Source: Octopus bimaculoides
Lineage: Eukaryota
Reading direction: 5' to 3'
Assembly (NCBI RefSeq): GCF_001194135.2
Contig: NC_068986.1
Coordinates: 110,085,352-110,140,426 of the forward strand
DNA length: 55,075 nucleotides
Below are positions 12,908 to 24,062 of this stretch, one piece after another. The position numbers and the translations under genes were made by a program. Position 1 is the stretch's first letter; each line of letters begins with the position of its first letter. The notes below the pieces were generated by a model, which ran no database searches, was not told where the DNA came from, and saw nothing but the letters and a program-made list of their open reading frames with translations.

Positions 12908-13195
12908 TGGTTGTCTATTCCTTATACAGAGTTTGACCACCTCCTGTACCTACACCTTAGCACTATTATGGCGTCTGATGTGGCTTTTTAAACCAGACAA
13001 TATTCTGGAAAGACACCCACGTAGATTGCAACTCTGATTTGGATGACCAATACCTGCAGATAAGTTCTGTTTTTTGTAGAACTTAAAATGTCTTTTGAAG
13101 CCTCCGTTGGATTTGAAAACCTTCTGGCATACACTGCATTCAAAGGTGTGCACAGACATATAGGCAGAATAGTTGGTGGAGGTTCGTTTTCCACG
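12906..13195 (-). mobile_element. RTE-clade LINE 3' end with two C2H2-like fingers
   Basis: FECSVCQKVFKSNGGFKRHFK..CNLRGCLSRILSGLKSHIRRH; same family as 52652-53270; ends in a (TA)n tract. Confidence 0.8.
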
Positions 13196-13310
13196 CGCGC
13201 ACACACACACACGCACACACGCACACACACACACACACGCCCCCCCCACACACATATATATATTTATATATACATATACACGCACATATTTACATACATA
13301 CATACATATA

Positions 13311-14116
13311 CAGGTTACTTCATAAAGGTCGCCGAATTTGTAAGGTGAATAAGTAAAACGAATTCTTATAAACATGGTTATATCCTGCATATTTCTAGTG
13401 CATTATGTCTCTTGATTAGGTATGGAACATAATGTCGGTCATATGTCCACCTGCACCGATAACTCTCTCACAGATGTGTGACCCGATGCCTCTAATCACA
13501 CACCTGATTTCAAACTTGAGTCCAGGAATTTTGCGTGGTTTCTTGACGTATACCTGTGATTTCCCAAACTCTCATAAGAAGAAATCACAAGGGGTAAGAT
13601 CGCAGGACCTTGGTGGCCATTGCTGGTCACTATGCTAGAATATCACTCTTTGCGGAAACTTTTCGTGGAGTAATGTAAACATTTGGTGCAAAGTGTGGCA
13701 GGTTGCTCCGTCTTGCTGAACGTCGGCGAATCGATTTTCTGAGATGCAGAGTGACTGTCTCGTATAGCAGCAATCTGTTGCTGCTGTACGACGAGAAAGA
13801 TTCCATTTAGGCCATGTCGTCATTAGTCTGTGAACTGTAGACTCGTTGGTTGCTTCATTTCGTCACAAAATGGCATGAAGTGTTCGAGCTGTTTGCGTCG
13901 CACTTACTCCCTTTTGGTAAAATATCTTCACAATAACAACGCATCGCTCAGTTGTAAACTGCTCCGTGACACACGGCACACGATTCTGAAACACAAACAC
14001 AAAAATATTGATCGGAGTGAAGAGAGATTGCAAACATAATAAGAGCATGACTTGAAACTTCAAAGCACAAAAGTATCGCCTAATTCAAATTCGGCGCTCT
14101 TTATGGAACACCCTCT

Positions 14117-14117
<1 letters not shown>
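13311..14117 (-). mobile_element. Tc1/mariner DD41D (rosa-type) transposon, internally deleted
   Basis: Imperfect TIRs (CAGGTTACTTCATAAAGGTCGCCGAATTTG vs CAGAGGGTGTTCCATAAAGAGCGCCGAATTTG); QQDGATCH...WPPRSCDLTPCDFFL with 41 residues between the last two Asp; in-frame stops. Confidence 0.85.
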
Positions 14118-14152
<35 letters not shown>

Positions 14153-14240
14153 CCAAAACAAAAATGGAACAAGAACGTAACAGGCGACAAGAAACCATTC
14201 GAACAGTTAGATGATACAAAAAAGGACAGGAAAAAAACAA

Positions 14241-14275
14241 GGACAGGTCATTCGGAGCTTTCAATCATCAGTCGA
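14241..14275 (-). ncRNA. Hammerhead-like core relic in a probable Penelope terminal repeat
   Basis: Minus strand CTGATGA-ttga-aagc-tcc-GAA; CUGAUGA intact, stem II imperfect, A15.1 lost. Confidence 0.3.
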
Positions 14276-14774
14276 GAAGCAGATCGCCTTTGCAGTTTCG
14301 GCCGGTTAATCTCGAGGCCGCTCTAATCTGGCCGGCTCCCAGAAAATCTAAAATCTAAAAGAGTAAAAGAGTAAATAAATATGAGTTTCCCCTACACGAC
14401 ACAGCCAAACTTACACAGGAGTATACAATATTATCCATAAAAATATTTCATTATTAATACAATATCCAAAAGCGAAAACATTCCACTGGAATTACACAAA
14501 ATAATCAAAAGTTAAAAGACAGCCAAAATCCCAATCCTATACTAATTAATTCCAAATTAATTGCTGAAAGAGCAACTATAACTGAAAAGTTGGTTCGCGC
14601 AAACGGTGGAATCTGCATCAATCTTACAAAAGATAGTTCCTTATAATTTTTGATTATAAAATATAATTAGCGTGAAAAAAAAAAAAAAAAAAAAAAAGAA
14701 CTTCATCTATTCGTCCCCAAAATTTAATTTATGCTTGTTGATGTAACGGTTATCTTATATCTTTTATAGTTTAC

Positions 14775-14980
14775 ATGCTTAGGTCATTAGACTGTGGCCA
14801 AACTGGGGCAACACCTTGAAGAATTTTTAGTCGAATGAATCGTCCCGAGTAATTATTTTTTCTTTAAGCTTAGTACTTATTCTATCGGTCACTTTGCGGA
14901 ACCGCTCAGTTGTGGGAACGTAAACACACGAACAACGGTTGTCAAGAGGTAGTGAAGGACAAACACTAACACAAAGGCAG

Positions 14981-15036
<56 letters not shown>

Positions 15037-15170
15037 CGAGCTTCGAGTTTCCATCTACCAAATCCACTCACAAGGTTTTGGTCGGTCCAAGGTCATAATA
15101 GAAGACACCTGCCTAAGGTGCCACGCAGTAGGACTGAACCTAGAACCATGTGTTTGAGAAGCAAACTTCT
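14775..15170 (-). mobile_element. tRNA-type SINE, family B, with internal (CA)n
   Basis: Head matches 23861-24024 and tail matches 25551-25740; a microsatellite lies between them. Confidence 0.88.
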
Positions 15171-16193
15171 AAAGGGAAAACGAAACATAATTTGAGAAAC
15201 AGAGAAGACATTCGTATACAACAAATTTAAGATTCAAATACCCAGACAAATCCCACAAGCAAACTTTGAGAATTGTGTACAACGAACAAATCATCAAAGT
15301 GGCAAGTTTTTTCATTTTACTTTTGTCCTAAGCCAACAACTGATAAAATACGGACATGATTATGAAAATAACAAACCACGACTGTATATGCTATAGTTTC
15401 TTATCAAAACAGTATACTAAGCAACCACTAAACCACCAAAGTATTACAATCTTTTGATCCACACTTTGACAAACAAACGCTTAATACACGAATACAGAGA
15501 TACAGACTTACTATCACTTGTCGTCTATACCATTTCATGACACATTCGTAGGACTAACACAACTTCAACTTGGATGCGAAGGTGACGTAGAGCTAATAAA
15601 ATTTTGTGACTGATCTCTTCAATATTTTCGCCCAGTCAAACGTAAGTTACCTGACGGTATTTTGAAACATATTAAAAAGAATATTTAGTAAAAATTTTCA
15701 CATTATGTCCAAAGTCGTGAAAAATATGGTATAGCTGCATCTCTATCTCATACTACGTTTCGAAATCATGAAGTTGCAAAACTAGTTAACCAAATGTAAA
15801 TAATTTTTATTGAAGACACCAAGTACAGTTTAATTTTCTTTCTCTTTATTACCTGTAATGTGTGAGTGTGTTTGTGTGTGTTTGTGTGTGTGCATTTGTT
15901 GTGCAGAAAACTTATTTACACACTCACACACGCGCGCGGACGGACGGACGGATGTGAGTTCCCGATGTAATATAATATATTGAGGCTGGTTCAATATTTA
16001 TTACCGACGACAAATGAAGCTAAAAGCCCAGATAAGAAGAAAGTGATTTGCTATTTCTAGCATGTCATATGACCACGCAAAGTCCTCCCGTTGGCTTTCT
16101 TAAAAATTTAGTGCCAGAATAGGAAGGAGAAAAAAAGACGAAAAATGAAAAAGAGAACAAAAAATGAGACAATGATAATACTAATACTAATAC

Positions 16194-16211
16194 GAAGAAG
16201 AAGAAGAAGAA

Positions 16212-16270
<59 letters not shown>

Positions 16271-16959
16271 AGAAAAAGAAGAAGAAGAAGAGTACGAGGA
16301 GGAAGAAGAAGAGGAGGAGACGGAGGAAGAAGAAAAAGAAGAAAAAGAAGAAGAGGGGGAGGAGGAGGAGGAGGAGAAGAAGAAGAAGAAGAAGAAGAGG
16401 ACGAGGAGGAAGAAGAAGAGGAGGAGAAGGAGGAAGAAGAAANNNNNNNNNNNNNNNNNNNNNNNNNNNNNNNNNNNNNNNNNNNNNNNNNNNNNNNNNN
16501 NNNNNNNNNNNNNNNNNNNNNNNNNNNNNNNNNNNNNNNNNNNNNNNNNNNNNNNNNNNNNNNNNNNNNNNNNNNNNNNNNNNNNNNNNNNNNNNNNNNN
16601 NNNNNNNNNNNNNNNNNAGAAGGAGAAAGAAGAAAAAGAAGAAAAAAAAGAAGAAGAAGAAGAAGAGGACGAGGAGGAAGAAGAAGAGGAGGAGAAGGAG
16701 AAAGAAGAAAAAGAAGAAAAAAAAGAAGAAGAAGAAGAAGAGGACGAGGAGGAAGAAGAAGAGGAGGAGAAGGAGAAAGAAGAAAAAGAGGAAGAAGAAG
16801 AGGACGAGGAGGAAGTAGAAGAGGAGGAGAAGGAGGAAGAAGAAAAAGAAGAAAAAGAAGAGGGGGAGGAGGAGGAGGAAGAAGAAAAAGAAGAAAAAGA
16901 AGAGGGGGAGGAGGAGGAGGAGGAAGAAGAAAAAGAAGAAGAAGAAGAAGAAGAAGAAA
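16194..16959. repeat. Nearly pure-purine (GAA/GGA)n tract with an internal 75-bp higher-order repeat
   Basis: 75-bp unit at 16618-16692 and 16693-16767, partial third copy; spans an N-gap. Confidence 0.95.
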
Positions 16960-17559
16960 TTGAATGTAATAGGTGATAACGATATCAGTATGAGAAAGTA
17001 GTGATTTGCAGTTGGATTTAATTAGCCAGCATTATATATTGAACTTGAATTGAGACAGACATACTGGCCTCATATTTTCGTTTAAATGAGATGTAATGAT
17101 CGCATGGCGAGGAAAATCCGTAGAGTATGAAATTCTTTGAAATATTTTGATCGTGTCATGAAATTTATTGTGTAAAATCTGGTTAAACTTCTACCAAATC
17201 TACTCCACCCTGTTCGAAAATAAATGAATGAATAATAAATAAATTGAATAGAATTAAAATCAGTAAAATATTTGAAAGTTAACGGTTTGTAAACAAATGC
17301 AAGTTTGAAGAGGAAATCTCAATTAAAGATTATAAACTCGACGAAGATAAACAAAAATTGAATTAAATTCTGTTAATGGGCGCAGACATGTTGTATGACG
17401 AAGAAATTTGTTTCAAAAGTATGCAGTCCGTGATTAGATCTCACCATACACGAATTTCTACTCAGCTCAACGAAGGCGGTTTCGTAGAAGGAAACAGTGT
17501 GCACGAACGTCTGAAGAACGGTTCCTGCTCTTCAATGACGCAATTAATTCTTCACATGA

Positions 17560-17960
17560 TTTTCCACCATCACTACGACCATAACCACCGCCGCCACCAA
17601 CCACCAACCTACGAACGCGAGTCCACTGCCCTAACCACTTGGCCATTGCGCCTCCACACTACATCCATAAAACAAAACACTCACTACAAACAATGATACC
17701 ACTATTACCACTACCCTCAACATTATGACCTTTAAGACTCTAACTACCACCACAACAAACAACACCCCTCAATAATATCACCATCGATACCAGAACCCTA
17801 ATCTTCACCAACGACTCCAGCACCACTAACCCCAACTACGACCCTAAACACTGCTACCTCAAACGACAAAACTGCATTCATCAGCACCACCTCTACAACC
17901 ACCTACACTGCCGTCACCACTACAACCAGCGACACATATCACCAACACCACAATCAACAT
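17560..17960. repeat. Degenerate trinucleotide mosaic (ACC/ACT/AAC)
   Basis: Direct reading; opposite-strand counterpart of the 7460-8300 type. Confidence 0.8.
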
Positions 17961-18859
17961 CCCCACCACCTTGTGAACCTCATTTCTTACTGGAATCAGC
18001 TGTGCGTAAACTCTGGAGACAGATCTGCGTTGTGTGTATAACTTTTGTTCTTTTATAAGCCACAAAGGCTCCGAAAGCATAACTTGCACTGCCATCAAAT
18101 ATTGCAACTGTCTACCTCAACTTAGAGACTCAAAAAACCCCGAAGAAGATCTCGTTAGTTTGATATATAAAAGTTTTTAAAAACTATAAAAGCAGTTTCC
18201 AAAAGTATATATGCTCAAAACATGTTTAAGAGTCCTTTGTATTTGCTGACGAAATCAACATATCTCTATATAACAAAGGCCTCTGCAAAACACTTCCGCT
18301 GGACAGCATATTGAAACGATTACAAAGCAAAACTCAGCATAGGCAACACGCTCAATACAGCGGCACAAAAATGATCAGATTTCACAGAGAGAAGATAGCA
18401 CAGGATACCAAGATAAAGACAACCATACGTGACGAAGTAAAATTATACGATTAAAACCGCTTCCCAACCGATCATAGATATCAGAAGATATTCATAAACG
18501 CAATACAAATGCTGGCAAAAGATGTTCCAGCAACAAAACAATATATGTTCGACCCAAACTATGAAGAACCATATATTATAAACAACAAAAAAAAAAAGCT
18601 TACAATCTAAATCTGCAACAAATGCAACTGAAATGTGGTGATGAAAACAATATCTGTTAAGTAAAAATTGTTTGAGAAGGAGAAAATGCACAAGATTACG
18701 CAGTATTACATAAGAAACAAAACGACAAAGTTATATTGGTGTTAAAGTTCGAATATCCAAAGAAAAATACAAGAAATTCCAAATTTACAGAAAAAAATCA
18801 CGTCTCTAAAGAAGACCATTTGTGGCAGCTAGTAACAGAACCTAATCTCCTCCTCATCT

Positions 18860-18912
<53 letters not shown>

Positions 18913-18938
18913 GCTGCTGCTACTACTACTACTACTGT

Positions 18939-18993
<55 letters not shown>
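18860..18993. repeat. (CTA)n microsatellite
   Basis: Direct reading. Confidence 0.98.
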
Positions 18994-19269
18994 GCTTGCG
19001 TCAGGAAATTTCTCCGACTCATTTCAAATAATTTTACGGGTCAGAAAGAGTGACGATTACTTTCATTGTCAGTTTGGTCAGGTGTATTCCAGATGTGTGT
19101 ACCCAAGTCATTGTTAGCTGAAGCGTTTGGTAGATGTAGTGCTCTACTAGTTTTAAGTGTCAATGTATAATGCCTAGCTGTCATAGTTGCCGATTCAATC
19201 ATGTCTGTGATTTCGTGGTCAACTATCTCATTGGACTGAATGATTAACCTGAACTTCATGATGATGAAC

Positions 19270-19327
<58 letters not shown>

Positions 19328-19351
19328 TAATAATAATAATGATAATATGAT

Positions 19352-19570
19352 AAAAACAATATTCAGACAAATACATAGCAAAAACACCAGGACTTACAAA
19401 TATATATAACATACAGAAAATTGCACTACTGGGCACTGCACACATCCTACGCAAAACACTTTCAATACAGTAACCATAAGAGCATCACCGCAAACCACAG
19501 CACATACCCAAGGCACACAGATCTGCGCTCGGTAGTAAAGTGAAAGCACGTTATAAAAATAAAACTACTG
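19352..19570 (+). mobile_element. R4/Dong-like LINE extreme 3' end
   Basis: KQYSDKYIAKTPGLTNIYNIQKIALLGTAHILRKTLSIQ* then a short 3' UTR; (AAT)n on both sides (about 19270-19350 and 19570-19617). Confidence 0.85.
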
Positions 19571-19585
19571 AACAACAACAACAAC

Positions 19586-19618
<33 letters not shown>

Positions 19619-19954
19619 CACGTTGTCACACATTTTGGAAAGTGATTCAATTGATTACGGCCATACATATATATGGTTAATATCCAGTTTCTCGAGTCTG
19701 GAACGCTAAAAGCGACGGTCGACGTTGGAGAGATTCGATCACAAAGTGTCGACGTCGATGGGAACACAAGTATAAATACCGGAAGATAATTTGCACCAGC
19801 ATAAAATCAATTTTGCCACTCCATTGTATAACGATATCGAGTCCGAAGGAAGAAGTGTCGAAGAGGAGGGAGAAGACCGTGAAATAAAGAAGGTGTTGGT
19901 GATATTTCACTTGCTATCTCGTTGATTGTTTATTAGAGCAGACACCACAGCATC

Positions 19955-20110
<156 letters not shown>

Positions 20111-20295
20111 TACACACGTGTAAAGACTCACGCACTGACAGGCACAGGTATAGATACATCAGGACTTAAATATGTATATACATGCGTGCGTATATACACG
20201 CACACGCATATCTATGTTGCATATATATGCAAACGTATGTGATTAGGTATGCATTATATTTATACATACATGTATAACATTATGTATATTTATGC

Positions 20296-20331
<36 letters not shown>

Positions 20332-20868
20332 GTGCACACATATACTCCCTGTCACACACATAGAACCTCTCGCACCCGCTTATACATACATGCATGTACT
20401 GATAGTCTTTTGTATGACTGTGATGTTTGAAAACGACTAATATCCCTCATATAATTTATAGACTGGATAGGTATTTAATTGAATTTGCTTCTCATATATT
20501 TGCTTCTTGTTCTTCTTTGGGAATTTATTTGGCGTCAAATCATGACTCCCTGTCTTAGCAAATGGTCAATTATCAGGCAATTTATTCCTTCTCAGCGTTT
20601 TTGGCTGTTTGTTTGTTTTTGTGTGTGTTTTTTGTTTGTTTGTTATATTTGTTTGCGTGTTTTAGTTTGAAACTAAATGCTTCAGTGCCGAAAACGTTGT
20701 CGGTGTTGTTGTTATTCTTCTGCAGTTTTTATTTTAGGGGTGTAACGTAGTGGCAAGACAGTATGAGAATAAGAGCGAGAAAATGCGAGACAAGACTACT
20801 GAGGGTGAGAGAGAGAGAGAGAGAGAGAGGGGGAGAGAGAGAACGAACAGGAAAAGATAGTTAGATAG

Positions 20869-20922
<54 letters not shown>

Positions 20923-21032
20923 TGAGAGATAATCAGAAGCATATACGCTTATATATGTATGTGCCTGTGAGTGTGTATATATATATATACATGTGTGTGA
21001 GTATGTGTGTGTATGTGTTTGTGTATATATAT

Positions 21033-21608
21033 ANNNNNNNNNNNNNNNNNNNNNNNNNNNNNNNNNNNNNNNNNNNNNNNNNNNNNNNNNNNNNNNNNNN
21101 NNNNNNNNNNNNNNNNNNNNNNNNNNNNNNNNNNNNNNNNNNNNNNNNNNNNNNNNNNNNNNNNNNNNNNNNNNNNNNNNNNNNNNNNNNNNNNNNNNNN
21201 NNNNNNNNNNNNNNNNNNNNNNNNNNNNNNNNNNNNNNNNNNNNNNNNNNNNNNNNNNNNNNNNNNNNNNNNNNNNNNNNNNNNNNNNNNNNNNNNNNNN
21301 NNNNNNNNNNNNNNNNNNNNNNNNNNNNNNNNNNNNNNNNNNNNNNNNNNNNNNNNNNNNNNNNNNNNNNNNNNNNNNNNNNNNNNNNNNNNNNNNNNNN
21401 NNNNNNNNNNNNNNNNNNNNNNNNNNNNNNNNNNNNNNNNNNNNNNNNNNNNNNNNNNNNNNNNNNNNNNNNNNNNNNNNNNNNNNNNNNNNNNNNNNNN
21501 NNNNNNNNNNNNNNNNNNNNNNNNNNNNNNNNNNNNNNNNNNNNNNNNNNNNNNNNNNNNNNNNNNNNNNNNNNNNNNNNNNNNNNNNNNNNNNNNNNNN
21601 NNNNNNNN
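21033..21608. other. Assembly gap (largest of many N-runs), flanked by (TA)n
   Basis: N-run; poly-X ORFs across such gaps are artefacts. Confidence 0.99.
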
Positions 21609-21675
<67 letters not shown>

Positions 21676-22296
21676 CATGTATATGTGTGTATATGGATGT
21701 ATATGTATGCATGTATGTATGTTAAACGAAGAAGTATTGACATAAAAGAAACAACAGACGTGACAACAGCAACAAAGTTACAACAACAACAACAACAACA
21801 CCAAGAACATCAACAAACACATCGTGAGTAATAGAAGCGAGTAAATAAGCGACCGCTCTTTCATTACAGTATAAGGCTGCTGGTGGATTAGAAGAATGTG
21901 TAGGGCGGTGGGGAAATTGCTCTTTACTTTTCATTTACGGCTCTTAGTTCAAATCTCACAAGAGTCAAATTGAATTTTCTTCACTCAGTGGTCTTTGTGT
22001 TTGTCACGTACCGCCTTCATATAGTTAAACGCCTGGAAGTTCTGATTTCAATCTTGGGGTATCTTCTCTTTAATCATTTACGATAGAATCTTAAACATTT
22101 TGCGTAAAGTTGTATTTAAGAAAAAGTAAGAGAAAGAAAAAATAATGCTTTCAAATTTGTGGTACAAAACCATCAATGTTGAAGGGAGAGACTTAGCCAG
22201 TCACATCGACCCTTGACTGTTCCTTTCTTTTATTGATATGGAAAGGATGAAGTCCAAAATCAGCCACGGTGGCATTTGATCTTAGAACACGAACTC

Positions 22297-22369
<73 letters not shown>

Positions 22370-22587
22370 CACACATAAACAGTTGATAGGTGAGGGCTAG
22401 ATAAGTGTTTATTTGCATTGCTACGTCCCCTCTCTTTCTTTCTTTCTTTCTTTCTTTCTCTCTCTCTCTCTCTACACACACACATATAAGTTTAGATATG
22501 TACACTTCGTGTACATCTCTACGTGGTAATACGCTACACAATTCTCGAGAGAAGTACTTCTCCTTATAGACAATATAGATATTAAAA

Positions 22588-23459
22588 GGAGTGTCTACCC
22601 AAAGGAAACTGGAATTCGCAATATTATTTTATGCACTTAATTTTACAGTATTATCGACTTCAAATTATTCTCCATTTGAAGCCATGCATCGGTCCAGACG
22701 CGTCTTTCACTTATTCGAAGCAGTGCTGGGACCTTTGGGAAGTGATGCCTTTTAACGTTTCTGTTGTCTTTTTTCTTCAACTCTTCTACATCAACAAATT
22801 CCGTAGCACCAGCTTTCCTCACAACTTCCAACAGGCTTGTTTTCAGTTCATGGCACGCTTTCCACCGTGATTGCTTTTGATCTTCCATGTGTAAGTGAGG
22901 AGCAAATTTTGTTGCAACACTTTTCATTCGCAATTCCTCACTCAACATTCGTTGGCAGATGCTTCAGGACCAACCAGTCATATCAAGAAGATCGTCAATT
23001 TTTCGATGACGATCTTCCAAAATATTTTCAGGAATTTACTTGATGTCTTCATTTGTCCGGGAGGTCAACGCTGGCCTTGAAAGAGGTTGGTTTTCAAGCG
23101 ACAAATGACTATTTCTAACGCGTGGAACCGACTCCTAAACTAGTGTTTTGCTCATTGCAGTGGCCTTCGAAGCTGTTTGAAGCATGACAACTGCTTCGGC
23201 CACCGTTTTCACCAGAAGAAAACAGAATTTCACGGAAGCACACTTGTTCCTTCGTTTCAGCCATCGGAAAAATCGACGGAGAGAGGAGAAGCACTGCAAA
23301 ATAAAGATGCACCGCGTGGCAGTAGGACATGGGAAAAGTACGCCGGTCGGCAGACTCAAGCCACAGGATCAAATCAAGTAGCTTCTAGCGGTAGAAGCTT
23401 GAAACTACAACGGTCTTGTCTCACAGAGAACGCTTCCGGTTACTTTTGGTTACCCCTCG
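22588..23459 (-). mobile_element. Internally deleted mariner (non-autonomous), TIR CGAGGGG-type
   Basis: TIR CGAGGGGTAACCAAAAGTAACCGGAA with TA at 23460-61; N-terminal ASVKFCFLLVKT..., then SVATKFAPHLHMEDQKQSR joined directly to C-terminal FVDVEELKKK; DDD core absent. Confidence 0.85.
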
Positions 23460-24062
23460 TACACCACTTCTAGACCATGAACGATGCCGCCAGACCGTAG
23501 GATGCATGTGTTTCTGCGTTGTTACACTTCCACAGCCATGCTAACAGAACTGTCGTTCATGACTACTAAGAGTCGGTCAATATTATTTTAGAATAGCAAA
23601 TGTTAGACGCGTTCTGAAGCGGGAATAAATGAATTAGACATACACTAAGCAGAGTTCAATAAAATGTAGTTATTTACAGTCATATTTAACATGTCTGTGT
23701 ACATTCAGATAAGAAAAGATAATACGACACAAAATTTGTCTTCTTTAATAGGATTTAACAGCAATTGAAATTTTGCTTCATATGCAAAGATGCATTAAAA
23801 GTGGTAAATTTTAGAAATAGATTCAAATGAAGTGTACATATCTGAAAAAGATAAACATTGGGTGCAGGAGTGGCTGTATGGTAAGTAGCTTGCTTACCAG
23901 CCACAGGGTTCCGGGTTTAGTCCCACTGCATGGCACCTTGGGCAAGTGTCTTCTACTATAGCCTCGGGCTGATCAAAGCTTTGTAAGGGAGTTTATTAGA
24001 CATAAACTGAAAAGAAGCCTGTCGTGTATACATATATATATATATATATGTATGTATGTATA

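Noticed and set aside
12950-13390. Host C2H2 zinc-finger gene
   Set aside because: The fingers are the C-terminus of an RTE LINE, as the longer copy at 52652-53270 shows.
16145-16963. 272-aa Arg/Gly/Glu-rich ORF resembling a protamine
   Set aside because: It is explained by the GAA/GGA repeat, changes from poly-R to poly-E by slippage, and spans a gap.
18230-18830. Possible degenerate LINE or Penelope ORF
   Set aside because: No diagnostic motif could be read with confidence.
21033-21608. Association of N-gaps with (TA)n as a biological pattern
   Set aside because: Expected short-read assembly failure at AT-only repeats.
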